From the NCBI GenBank assembly GCA_963693365.1, contig CAVNZM010000001.1, positions 5,596,907-5,660,906 on the forward strand: DNA of 64,000 nt, in the 5' to 3' direction. The stretch comes from Amoebidium appalachense (Eukaryota > Protista > Ichthyosporea). Every line of letters begins with the position of its first letter. Within the stretch, counting starts at the first letter, position 1. A model generated the notes under the pieces. The model was not told the DNA's origin, made no database searches, and saw nothing but the letters and a program-made list of their open reading frames with translations. Below, one piece after another: positions 9,476 through 20,240 of this stretch. The position numbers were made by a program, and so were the translations under genes.

Positions 9476-12400
9476 GGGAGGGGGGGGGACAGTATCGGTC
9501 CCCCCCAGGTTGCAGAGAACCTTCACCCTCCCCCACCCCAGGTTAAGCTTCCCTTTGCCCCCTCACCGCCCCGATACGTGTGGGAGCCGGGCATCGTCGT
9601 GGGTCCTCAAGACAGCGTCGAGGTGGTATGGCATGAATGTTTGTGGGGTGACTCTACCAAAGGTATGAATGGTGTGAATGTTTTGTGGTTGGGGGAGGTT
9701 CCCCAGCCACAAGTGGATGGTCTCAGTGTTTCTTGTCCCAACCCGGTGTTTGTTCTAACCACACCGGAGGGGGTTTCTGTGCCATTGTTTCCGGGAGGGG
9801 GGGGGACACACACGAGTAAAGGGGGAAGGGGGGGGAAGGCACAGACACATAGAAACACACCACCACAACAACATACGACGGTTGCAGACACACCTACACC
9901 CACACACACACCCACACATACACCACACACACACACACCACCCACCCACACATCACACACACACACTCCACCACCACCCACATCACATACACACCCCACC
10001 CCACCCGTGCAGGCACCACAGGTAGGTATGTTGCACGTAGGTATCGAGGGTGTGAGTCTTCGTGGGCAGGGATTGGGAGTGAGTGATGATGTGTTGCTTG
10101 AATTGGAGGAGGATTTAGTTGGTTTTAGCCGGCATTATATAGACGTATGGTTAGCTGATGGTAAGTTGAAGGCTGTTGCTTTGCTCGATGGAGGGGCTCA
10201 GGTTAATTGTGTGCATGCTTCGTTTATTCGTCGTTTTAATCAGGCCGGGGGGGAAATTCCTATTTTAGATGCTTCTAGCACAGCCTTAGGTAGTGCTAAT
10301 AATAGTAGTATGTCTGTGGAAGGTGTTTGTGTGTTGCCGTGTGCGATAGGTGGCCAGGCTATGCATGTTGCTTGTTATGTGGTTAAGGATTTAGCTCAAA
10401 GTGTTTTGTTGGGAGCCCCATTTTTCCGTAGACATGTGAATGCTCTGTTTGAACGTACGAATGTTTTAGAATTGCAGTCCGGCGTTAAAATTAAAACCCA
10501 TGATGGGCTCGACGGTTATCAGTCTGGTGCTAGAACGGTAGCTGAAGTAGTAATCGAGCCTTATCAGTGCCAAACGGTACGTGTCCGGGCCGGCAATCAT
10601 GTTAGGATAGGGGATTTAGGGGTTTTTACTCCGAAAACCCCATTTCAGGAGGTGGCCCAATGGACCCTTAGTAGGGTATGGCCGGATAAGACAATAGAAA
10701 TAGAATTAGTGAATCCGGGCATCGAGCCTATAGTGATTAGGTCAGGTGTTTCCGTCGGTAGTTTCACTAATGAGATTGGTAGTATAGAGGTCTCTCTTAT
10801 TACCCAAAAGGAGGATGCCGGCTCGAAGGGTGACTCAGGAGGAGGGGGAACAACTTTATTTAACGTTAGCCACCAAAATGTCACCCGACACGATGGGGGG
10901 GGGGACCGCGACAGCACCGGTCCCACTCCCCCGACCCCCAAGAGGAAGGAGGGTCACCCCGGGTGTGAGAATGTGCAGGGAGGGGGGGAGGGTGTTGGTC
11001 TAACCCGTGGATCTGACGGGTTAACCAACACCGTGGGGGGCAGGGTGGCCACAGACCTGGCCCCCCACATACATGCACTAACTCATCAGGAATTGCCCGG
11101 GGCATTGGTGTGCCGGGGGGAGGGGGGGGGTGCTAAGGGTGACCGCCTATATCCGGAGGTACCTCAACCTCACCCCGAGCAGCACCGATGTAATACAGGA
11201 GGTGAAATGTTAAGTGGCACTCCGGTGAATAAGGATGCATCCACTTGTGATGGGGGTAACCCGGAGTTAGTATTGCCGTTTGGTATGAAGGAGGGGGATT
11301 GGACGGTAGAACAGAAAAAATTGTTAGCTAAGTTATTTGATAGGACTCGGTTTGCATTTCTGGCCGATGATAACGAAGTAGGCTTCGTTAAAGGGTTTGA
11401 AATGCAGATCGACACAGGTGATAATAGGCCGGTAGTGATGCCTAGCTATAGAATGGAGCAGTATAAATTGTCGGATGCGCTAATTATAGTGAGTGATATG
11501 TTCAAAAAGGGTCATGTGGAGCATAGTTCGAGTCCGTGGAGAAGTCCGGTGCTATTGGTTAAGAAGCCCGACGGGTCTTGGCGTCTAGTGAACGATTACA
11601 GGGCTCTGAATCGGATCACTAAGGCAGACCAATGGCCTCTCCCTAACATAGACGAGCAGCTTTCACAGCTGCACGGCTATACTCACTTTGCTAAACTTGA
11701 TTTAAAAGCAGCTTTTTGGCAGATAAGGTTGGAGGAGAGCAGCAAGGAGAAGACTGCCTTTGCACTGGGTGACCAGCTGTTCCAGTACAAGGTGGTGCCG
11801 ATGGGTTTGCTCTCCTCTCCAGCTATGTTGTGCCGGGTAATGTATAAAATTCTCCACCCTCATTTGGATGTATGCCACCCTTATTTGGATGATGTTTTAA
11901 TTAAAGGTAGGTCATTTGAGGAGCTAGTTAATAATTGTGAAAAAGTATTTTTAGCTTTGGGTGAGTCTGGTCTTCGCATTAGCGGTAGCAAGACTGTGAT
12001 TGGTGTGCCGGAGGTTAAGTTTTTAGGTCATATTGTGTCTAGTAATGGTCTTTCCCCTGATCCGGAGAAAATCCGGGCCATAGTTGAGTGGCCCCGTCCT
12101 CAGACTGTCACTCAACTAAGGCAATTTTTAGGTTTAACTAATTATCTTCGTCGTTATATTAAGGATTATAGTATGCTTGCTTTGCCGTTAACTAGTCAGA
12201 CGGGGGGGGAGAAGAAGAATAGAATAGATTGGAATGTTGATGCTGTTTCTGCTTTCGAAAAGCTTAAGTTAGCTTTGCAGTCTTCGAGTATGCTTGTTCA
12301 TCCTGATTTTTCGGCCGGGGGGGGGATGTTTAAAGTTCGGTGTGATGCAAGTAAGGTTGCTGAGGGGGCCGTGTTATATCAAGTGCAGGAGGGGCAGGAT

Positions 12401-14600
12401 AGAGTGATTGCTTATGCTAGTCGTTCATTTAGTAAAAGTGAACGTAGATATAGCAATCCGGAGAGAGAGTCCCATGCTATCTTTTGGGCAGTCTCACAGG
12501 CATGGAGGTATATACTCGCAGGCAGGACGTTTGAGGTCTACACCGACCACAAGCCCTGCCTAGCCATGGCCGGCACCACTCGTCTGGTCAACGAGAGGAT
12601 GCAGAAGTGGGCCGCGGCTCTCGGTGAGTTCTCCTATACATTGTTTTATGCCAAGGGTGAAACAATGGTCGACTGTGATGCTCTCTCTCGTGCTGCTTAT
12701 ATTTTGTTTGAAGAAGAGAAGGAGGGGGAGGGGGGGGATAGTGAGAGACGGGGGGGGAGGGGGGGGAAGGGGGGGCGAGTGAGCAGAAAGGAATAGATGC
12801 TGTGTCTGTGGATGTGTCTTCTTGGGTTCCGGGGTTGCTTGCTTATAAGTGTAGGAGAGGGGGGGGGAGGTATTTGTCGGTGTCTGAGGTCGGGACCGAG
12901 TCTCATGGCTCGGCCCCTGCCTTAGCACCTACGGCTTTGATCTTAGCTCAGGAGGAAGATGTGTTGATTGGTCTGGTTAAGAATTATTTAAAGGGGCCGG
13001 TTGATTCGATTAAATTTACAAATAAAAGGCAGATGATTAAGGTAGCTAAGTTAGCAAAAATGTGTCAGGTAGAGCAGGATTTAGTTTATCATTGTTCTGG
13101 GCCAGACGGACACCGAGTTTGGGTCCCGACGGCACTTGTGCCTGAGGTTTTGCATATGGTGCTAGAGCATCCCATGGCTGGTCATTTAGGTGTAAATAGG
13201 ACGTTGCTTCGTGTTAATCGTTCGTATTTTTGGCCGGGTATGAGTAGGGAGGTGAGGGATTATGTGTTGTCATGCATGCATTGTCAGGAAAGGAATGAGA
13301 GTCCCCACTCTCGTTCCCGCCCGTCGTTTATTAGGGATTTTAATGTTCGTATGTTTGAAAGGGTAGCAGTGGATGTGGTCGGTCCTTTTAATTCTACGGT
13401 TGAGGGTAACACTGTTCTTGTTACCGTCACCGAGTGGCCACTCGTTGGGTTGAAGTTTTTCCTCTCCCCACTGCTAATGCCGTTTTGTTTGCTCGTATTT
13501 TTGTGGATGAAATTTGTCTTAGGTTTGGTTGTCCTCGTGTTTTGTTAACGGATAGGAGTCGTGTGTTTTTAAATCAGTTGGTGTCGGAGGTGTGTAAAAT
13601 TTTAAGGGTAGCTCATATCACTACGTCTGCATATCACCCTCAAGCAAATGCCATCTCTGAACGTGTGCATGCAGTGTTTCAGAAGTCCTTTGGCAAAATG
13701 GTGGATGTGGAGGCTAATGATTGGGATCATATGTCTAGGTTTATTGCTCATTCATATAATTCTACCCCTCATGCTGTGACTGGTTTTTCTCCGTTTTATT
13801 TGGTCTATGGGCAGGAGGCTATTAGTTTGTTAGATACGGCACTTTTGCCGATGGGGGGGGCTGACCGACTAACTTATCCCCACTGGACTGAGTTCCGGGA
13901 GCAGCTACTAACCCGGGCCCGGGCTGCACGTGATGCAGCTCTGGCCCGTACACAGCAGGCACAGGCACGTACAGACGTGTCCACACGTCCGTTACGTGAA
14001 TTTGCCGAGGGTACTTTAGTTTTAATTAGGGATCATACTAGGAAGAAGAGATATAAGCAGGAGCAGGAAGGTAAGGGTGAAGGTGAAGGTCTTCGTAAGT
14101 ATGGTAAGAAATGGTTGCCTCTTTTTATCGGTCCGTATAAAATAGTGGCTAGGTTAGGTCCGACGGAATATAAGGTGCAGAGGTTAGATAATGAGAGTGA
14201 TGTTAGATTTTATAATGTAGATGATATAAAGGAATATTATGATAGGGCCCTTAGGGTTAAACGGCCGGAGGGCCGTCGAGTGTTAGATGCATTCACCCCC
14301 GACTATGACGGGTCGGTGGATGTATCGGAGGCTGCAGTAGATAAAATTATGGATAAAAAGGTTATCGAAGGTAAGGAAGGTAAGGTAAATTATTATTTAA
14401 TTCGTTTTGAGGGAGGTTATCAGGAAGATCAGTGGTTGCCTGAGTTTCATTTGGATTGCCCGTTTTCTATTCGTGCTTATGAGGCTAGATTAGTGCAGAG
14501 GGAGTTGCCTAGTGCTCCCTCTCGGCCAAAGAGAGTTATTCCTCAGTTTAATCGTGGTGTGAAAAAGTCGGTGGGGGAGGGGGCCGGGGGGGGGGAGTGA
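9476..14600 (+). CDS. pol: B1 Pol: protease, RT, RNase H, integrase, chromodomain (two frameshifts)
   Basis: LLDGGAQ protease, YLDD RT, RH (CDAS, E, TDH, D), HPMAGH..CMHC, DDE, GPY motif and chromo-like VDKIMDKK..YLIRFEG..QWLPE. Frameshifts in G runs near 12750 and a 1-nt loss at ~13434. Confidence 0.93.
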
Positions 14601-14868
14601 TGCAAATACACGTAGACACACGGGGGGAGGGGGAGGGAGGGGAGGAGACCGAGGGAGGAGTGTGAACGTAGTCGTAGGAATTTAATTTATTATCATAGGT
14701 GTCTCCGTAGGTATCAAGCTTATGGTGTAGATTAATTTATTATTTTTCTTCGTAATTTATTTAATTTAATTTTTTTTAGGAGACTGATTAGTCTATGTCT
14801 TTTTAGGGGGTGTTAGATGTAATGTGACTGAGGTGGGACTCAGCTTTTCCGGGGGCCGGGGGGGGAGT

Positions 14869-15579
14869 TGACATATACTAATCCGTCTCAGCAGATTAGC
14901 CTAAGTCTACGATCGAGATCGGGGGGGGGGGGGGGGGTGGCCCGGGTCCACAGATCATCAAGATCAAGTCCGGGGCCTCAAGATAGCTGTACAGCTGCGT
15001 GCATCTTGCCTCTGCCGGCGCAGGGCATTGGACCACGTCAGCCGGGACAGCCGTCCAATAGAATTCTAATTAGTGTGTAGGATAGATCGTAGGAGGACTT
15101 AGGAATGTCATTGTTCGGGCAGAAGCCCTTTTGTAAGGATTGGCAAGGTTTGATAGTATATGTTGCCAAACGTATTTATATATTTAGATGTAGAGGAAAG
15201 GGGGGGAGGGAGGGGGGGGGAGGATAGTATGAAATGTAGATTTAGACTCTGCGGTGCCACTAGGGGGAGGGTGAGGGGTGAGACTTGGATAAATATATTA
15301 GTTGAGTAGATCGACTTAGCTCGTGCAGGCGCACGATAAAAGTAGATCGGAATGTTAATGGAATGTGGCATCGTAGGGGGCCAGGTGATGATGATCTTGT
15401 AGGGCACGGCCTTGATGGCCTCAGTCGTAACTTAGACTCAATCCGTACGGATCTAAGTTTGCCCGTCGGAGCCTGGTCTTAATAAACTTTACCGTTTTTC
15501 TGTACACGTTCGTTCCTTTTCGTGTGTGTACACTTAGTAGAGTGCCGCGTCTCTAGTACACATACATTAGGATACGACA
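14869..15579 (+). repeat. 3' LTR of B1
   Basis: Copy of 7232-7947, preceded by the G-rich PPT and followed by TSD GTATG. Confidence 0.97.
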
Positions 15580-15584
15580 GTATG

Positions 15585-17100
15585 TTTTCGTTCTCATGCA
15601 GAATATATCCTATACGGCTTAACCCATCAGCATCGTGCATGGTAGGGCCAGGACGGTAGTATAGATCGAAATCATACTCCTGCATTTCCAAAGCCCACCG
15701 TTGCATCCGTTCGTTTGCTATCCGTTTGACACCTTTAAGAGAAAGACAGGGCTTATGGTCACTTTCCACAATAGTATTCACTCGACCATACACGTACACC
15801 CTAAACTCTTTCAGTGCCCAATAGATTGCATGCGTTTCTCGTTCGATGTTGCTCCACCTACGTTCGGTAGGTTGAAACATCCGGGAGGCATATGCCACCG
15901 TGCGGAACTTGCCATCTTTTTGTTTTTGATACAGGCAAGCCCCTTCCGAGAACCGACTAGCATCACAACGAATAAGAAACTGACCCCCCGTGGGGGAAAG
16001 ATCGGGCAGGGCAAGCACTTCCTCCGATAACGCCGATTTTAAATCTTTAAACGAGCGATCCAATTCGTCCGTCCATTTTAACCGTCGGTGTTTTTCTCCG
16101 TAACACTCGGCATTCATGGGTCGGGCTCGCTCTGCATAATTTAAAATGTGACGGCGGAGATAGGAAGTAATACCCAGAAAACCCCGGAGTTGGTGTAGTG
16201 TGTTTGGTACCGGCCAATCTTTCACTGCCTGAACCTTTTTCGGGTCGGGCCGAATGCCATTCACACCTACAATCCAACCCAAAAACGGTATTTCCGTAAG
16301 CCCAATGTATGTCTTTGCCCCATCGAGCTTAACACCATATTCACCGAGACGGGTGAAAAGTCGGTCAAGCTTCTGTATTAATTCTTTTTCGGTGTGTGCA
16401 CCCACAGCTAAATCATCGGCATATACCACCACGTCATCGGCCAGAGGGGCCAAAATCTGTGTCATGATAGATGCTAGCTGGGACGGGGAAGTACTGAGCC
16501 CCTGTGGTGCCACACAATAACGATACTGCACACCAGCCACAGAAAATCCTGTTTTTTCACGTGACTCAGCGTCTAGCAGTATTTGGTAAAAGGCACCCGA
16601 CATATCAGCTTTACAGAAATACTTATACCCAGCCAACTTCTCTATTTGTTGTTGCAAGTTGGGCATGGGCCAGGCAGATTTTCGAATTTGCTTGTTAAGA
16701 GCACGAAAATCAGTCAGCAGACGGTATTTCCCGTTTGGTTTTCGTATTACGAAGGTGGGTGAATTATACTGACTGTGTGCTTGTTCCATCTGCCCTCTAC
16801 GACACATATCCTCCACGATCTCCTTTGCAGCCTGCTCTTTCACTTGTTCCAACCTCCACTGTTTTAATCGAATCGGTGGGTTATCCGATCTCCCGTGTCT
16901 ATGTGCATGGTGAATCCTTTAATCTGAGGAAATTCGTCGGGGTCCGTAGTGATGAAGCAACGAGAGTGTGCTTCTAATAGTTTCTTGACATCCGGAAGCA
17001 TACTCTGAGGCACCCTATTCCAATCAAAACCGTGGGGAGCCTGGCCGGCATCGTGTGCACCCCCACCCGAAATTTCCGAAATTTTTCGCGGGGGGGGGTT
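15585..17100 (-). CDS. pol: Element A pol: reverse transcriptase and RNase H
   Basis: YRLLTDFRALN, PQGL, YADD, CDAS, SDHKP, ADGLSR. A 5-nt insertion near 16885 shifts the frame. Truncated by B1. Confidence 0.95.
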
Positions 17101-18265
17101 TTTCATGATCAACGGCACACATTGATTGGTCGATCGGTGAGTGTATCGGACCGCCTCTTGTCCCACTCACATGCCCTTCGTGCCCACACATGTTATCGGT
17201 AGGCACCCGGCCCGGTGGCACGGCCGGAGGTGAATTGGGTAGGCAACCTTCTCCACCCCCCGTTGCCCACCTGATGCACTGCGCTATTGCACCAACGACG
17301 GTTTGTGTACGGCTGGGGTGGGGTTCGGCTTGCAAAACACTCAGTTCGTGTATGTACTCATGTCGGCTCGTAGGAACGAAATGACCGATGGTACCGAACA
17401 CGTTCAAATCCGGACCCACACCATTTTCGCACACAACAGCAATAGATTTATCCACACTAATTTCACAGATGGTGGGGGGGAACTTATCTCGAAATTCACG
17501 AGTAGGCTCGAAGATACCGAGGGTGCCAGCAGCAGCAGCAGCAGCAGTCACCTGCACCGTTGCACGTAATACACATCCAAAGCCAGATTTGACGGTGGTG
17601 TCGTGCTTGACGGTAACAGGACACATTGTGTAGGGGGTGTGCAAAGATGACGTCGGCACCACCATCCCCGACACCAGTGTTAGTGAGTGTGCTTGATGAT
17701 TAGTGGTGGCAATGTGTTTGTTGGCAAAATCGTTCCCAATAATCATGTCATGCTTAATATTTTTAATTACTAAGCAAGGCCACATGAATGTTTGAGAACC
17801 GAGGCATAACGGGAGCATCACTTCACCACTCACAGCTAGAGCTTTATCGTTTTTTCTTACAGAAGTAACAATCACATCCGAGGGTTGCAAAGCAAACTCC
17901 TGCATGTGTCGGGAAAAAACAGCTTCACTAACCACCGTGAATGATGCCCCAGTGTCAAACAATGCAAAGTATTTTTCATTACTCAACGTAACATTAACAT
18001 AGATACGTCTTCCTGCATTGCATATGGCACTTATATCGAACACTTTTCTTATTCTATCGAGTGTTCGAAGTTTCTTTGTGGGGGGGGATAGGTGTGGGGG
18101 GGTGGGGGGTCGGGGGTCGGGGGAAGGGGGCTCGGAGGGGGGAAGATCGGAAGAAGCCGGGGCAGAAGCACATGGTATAGGCACATTTTTAATTACTTTT
18201 TCGTGACCCACTGGGTCACAATGTGCAATACATGCCGTATCCGTGCATCCAGCACCGGCAATTAC
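17024..18265 (-). CDS. pro: Element A protease ORF (pro), in frame after the gag TAG
   Basis: FALFDTGAS and MIIGNDF motifs. The frame is open from immediately after the gag stop at 18266-18268. Confidence 0.9.
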   Translation of the reverse strand, partial: VIAGAGCTDTACIAHCDPVGHEKVIKNVPIPCASAPASSDLPPSEPPSPDPRPPTPPHLSPPTKKLRTLDRIRKVFDISAICNAGRRIYVNVTLSNEKYFALFDTGASFTVVSEAVFSRHMQEFALQPSDVIVTSVRKNDKALAVSGEVMLPLCLGSQTFMWPCLVIKNIKHDMIIGNDFANKHIATTNHQAHSLTLVSGMVVPTSSLHTPYTMCPVTVKHDTTVKSGFGCVLRATVQVTAAAAAAGTLGIFEPTREFRDKFPPTICEISVDKSIAVVCENGVGPDLNVFGTIGHFVPTSRHEYIHELSVLQAEPHPSRTQTVVGAIAQCIRWATGGGEGCLPNSPPAVPPGRVPTDNMCGHEGHVSGTRGGPIHSPIDQSMCAVDHEKPPPAKNFGNFGWGCTRCRPGSPRF

Positions 18266-20151
18266 CTATTTATCACTTTGCTTGCCCTTGTTCTTCTTGG
18301 CAGCTCGGGTGGGGCAATCTTTAAAACGATGCCCCGGCTGCTTGCAAGCCCAACAATTGGGCCCCCTCTTATCTTTCTTATTATCCTTAGCCCATTTGCC
18401 CCCCCCATTAGATTTACCCTTACCACCAACATTACCCCCACTACCTCCGTGGCCACCCCCGTGACCACCACCACCACCACCATGCCCCCCACTACCACCA
18501 CCCATCTCATCTACAGCACCCACATTACGGTTACATTTTAAATTGTGAGCACCCACATCAGCCTCATACCGTCGGATGACACGGGCCATGGCTTGCTTGA
18601 GGGTGGTTGCAGCCCGGGCCTCCGAACAAAGGTCCGGGTAGTCGTTGAGGGTACGTTGGTAATGATGAAGCACAACCTCGGGCATGTTCTTGAGACCCGT
18701 GTTGGAGACGATGCAATTAAATTTCTTGTGGAATGTCTTTATCGAGGCCGGAGTGTGCATAAAACGAAGCTTGTTCAGCTCCGAGTCGTTAAAATGCTCC
18801 TCCTTGCGTTCCTTGTCTAAATACTTCTCAAGGAACTTAGCCCAAAAATCGTCGATGCCGGTGCACGTGGAAAGGTCGACGTTGTCGGCAGCATCTCGGG
18901 GGTCCCCGGGGCCCATGCACATACGAATAAACATCAACGTGCGATTTAAGCCCACCAACTCCATAATACAAAAGAAAATTAGATGATGTTGGAGTTGTTT
19001 GTAGAATTCGTCGATATCGGCATCTGCCTCGAGCATAGGACGGGACTGAATTGCTGCTGAGGGGATGTGTTGAATCTTTTCCTTCCCCCTCCCGGTCGTC
19101 ACCGTTGCCGTCGTTACCGTCACCGTCATCACCACCGTCACCGCCGTCGCCACCACCATCACCACCACCACCACCGGCACCACCAGCACCGTTAGCACCT
19201 CCGGCACCATTAGCACCACCGGCACCACCGTCAGCACCACCGTCCGGGGGGAGGTGGGGGGCCACCGCCACCTGCATTACCATCCCCATTTTCGTTGGCA
19301 GCAGGAGGGGGGTTGTTATGCCCCCCCCGGCCACCACCACGTCCACCCCTACCACCTCGGCCAGAGTTCTTACGGGGGCCCCGTCCGGCACGAACCCACG
19401 AGGGGAGCATGCTTGGATGAAATTTTCGAGGGCCCCGGTTACCATAATAAGTAACCACTAGGTCGAGCTCACCACGACTAAGAGTCACTAACTGATTGAT
19501 AAATTCATGTGACTTAGTGATGTGGGAAGACTGCCCTGAAAGGCACGCGTAGTTTTGCCTGCCAAAGTGAATACATTCACGAGGGCGAGTAGTTGTTGGT
19601 GGAGCATGGTGAGTGCCGACGACGAACGGTACAGTGCCGTGCGCGCTGTACAGCTGGCAAACTTCGATACCAACAATGCCAGCAGCATGAACAGAAGGAG
19701 ACACCCAAGAACGCACCAGCACCAAGCTGCCAGGCTCACGCCCGTCTTGTTGTGCAAATTTGCATACTCCGTTAGGGCGCGTACCAGGGCGTCTGGTGCC
19801 TCTGCTTGCGTTTGCGTTGACCTCGACTTCCAGCCCGTGGAGAAGGTCGACTGATGAATGTCGATTATCTTCAGGTGGCAGGTCTTCCGGGTCAAATGAT
19901 TGGCCGTAGTCGGTTTCCCCTGAATGAAAAGAGAAGCAGTATTGATTGTCGTGTTGCAAGTCGTGTGAACGGAAGTAGACACGGTCGAGCAACGGAATGT
20001 CTGCTCCAGGAGGGTGCCACGGTGAAGCGCCGGGGGGGGAAAGGGGAACATTATAGCCGATTTCTTCAAGGAAAATGAGGTCGGCGTTTCTAGCTTCCCC
20101 CCCATGCAGGCCACTAGGGCCGGCATTGTTGTCACCAAGGTGGTTAGACAT
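18266..20151 (-). CDS. gag: Element A Gag (~630 aa after correcting two frameshifts in G/C runs)
   Basis: ATG 20151 (MSNHLGD), an N-terminal domain, RGG and Gly/Asp linker, helical capsid-like region and CWACKQPGHRFKDC knuckle. Spread over three frames that can be joined at C/G runs (~19245, ~19085). Confidence 0.8.
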
Positions 20152-20177
20152 GTTAGAACCCAAACAACTAAAAACAT
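19488..20177 (-). CDS. Putative 229-aa type I membrane protein overlapping the 5' part of A gag
   Basis: Opens at the first ATG after the PBS. Hydrophobic N-terminus MFLVVWVLTCLTTLV, S/T/C-rich middle with NTT and NKT sequons, TM-like GVSLAAWCWCVLGCLLLFMLLALLV. Confidence 0.45.
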   Translation of the reverse strand: MFLVVWVLTCLTTLVTTMPALVACMGGKLETPTSFSLKKSAIMFPFPPPALHRGTLLEQTFRCSTVSTSVHTTCNTTINTASLFIQGKPTTANHLTRKTCHLKIIDIHQSTFSTGWKSRSTQTQAEAPDALVRALTEYANLHNKTGVSLAAWCWCVLGCLLLFMLLALLVSKFASCTARTALYRSSSALTMLHQQLLALVNVFTLAGKTTRAFQGSLPTSLSHMNLSIS

Positions 20178-20226
20178 AGTACTTGCTTGATACGAGCACA
20201 CTTGCAGCGCAAGAACTAGCGCTGCA

Positions 20227-20240
20227 GGGGGTGTAGCTCA
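20227..20240 (-). promoter_or_regulatory. Primer-binding site of A, split by the B2 insertion
   Basis: Removing B2 and one GCTCA gives LTR-CA|GCTGAGCTACACCCCC on the minus strand, the reverse complement of GGGGGTGTAGCTCAGC (tRNA-Ala 5' end type). Confidence 0.7.

Larger units (their letters stand above)
7232..15579 (+). mobile_element. Chromovirus-like Ty3/gypsy element, family B copy 1 (8,348 bp, full length)
   Basis: LTRs 7232-7947 and 14869-15579 appear identical except for poly-G lengths. TSD GTATG, gag and pol present, PPT at 14851-14867. Confidence 0.97.

Noticed and set aside
8186-9536. Antisense ORFs (220 and 255 aa) over B gag, in both copies
   Set aside because: Shadow ORFs of GC-rich coding sequence. 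Their presence in two near-identical copies is not independent evidence.
12720-12800. Programmed frameshift between RNase H and integrase in B
   Set aside because: It lies in G runs whose lengths differ between B1 and B2, so homopolymer indels or sequencing error are more likely.
15479-15584. C-terminal tail of the RT/RH ORF (LSYPNVCVLETRHSTK...)
   Set aside because: Read-through into the antisense B1 LTR. The true continuation is at 7226.
20227-20240. tRNA-Ala gene
   Set aside because: Only the first ~15 nt match and no cloverleaf follows. Interpreted as a PBS.
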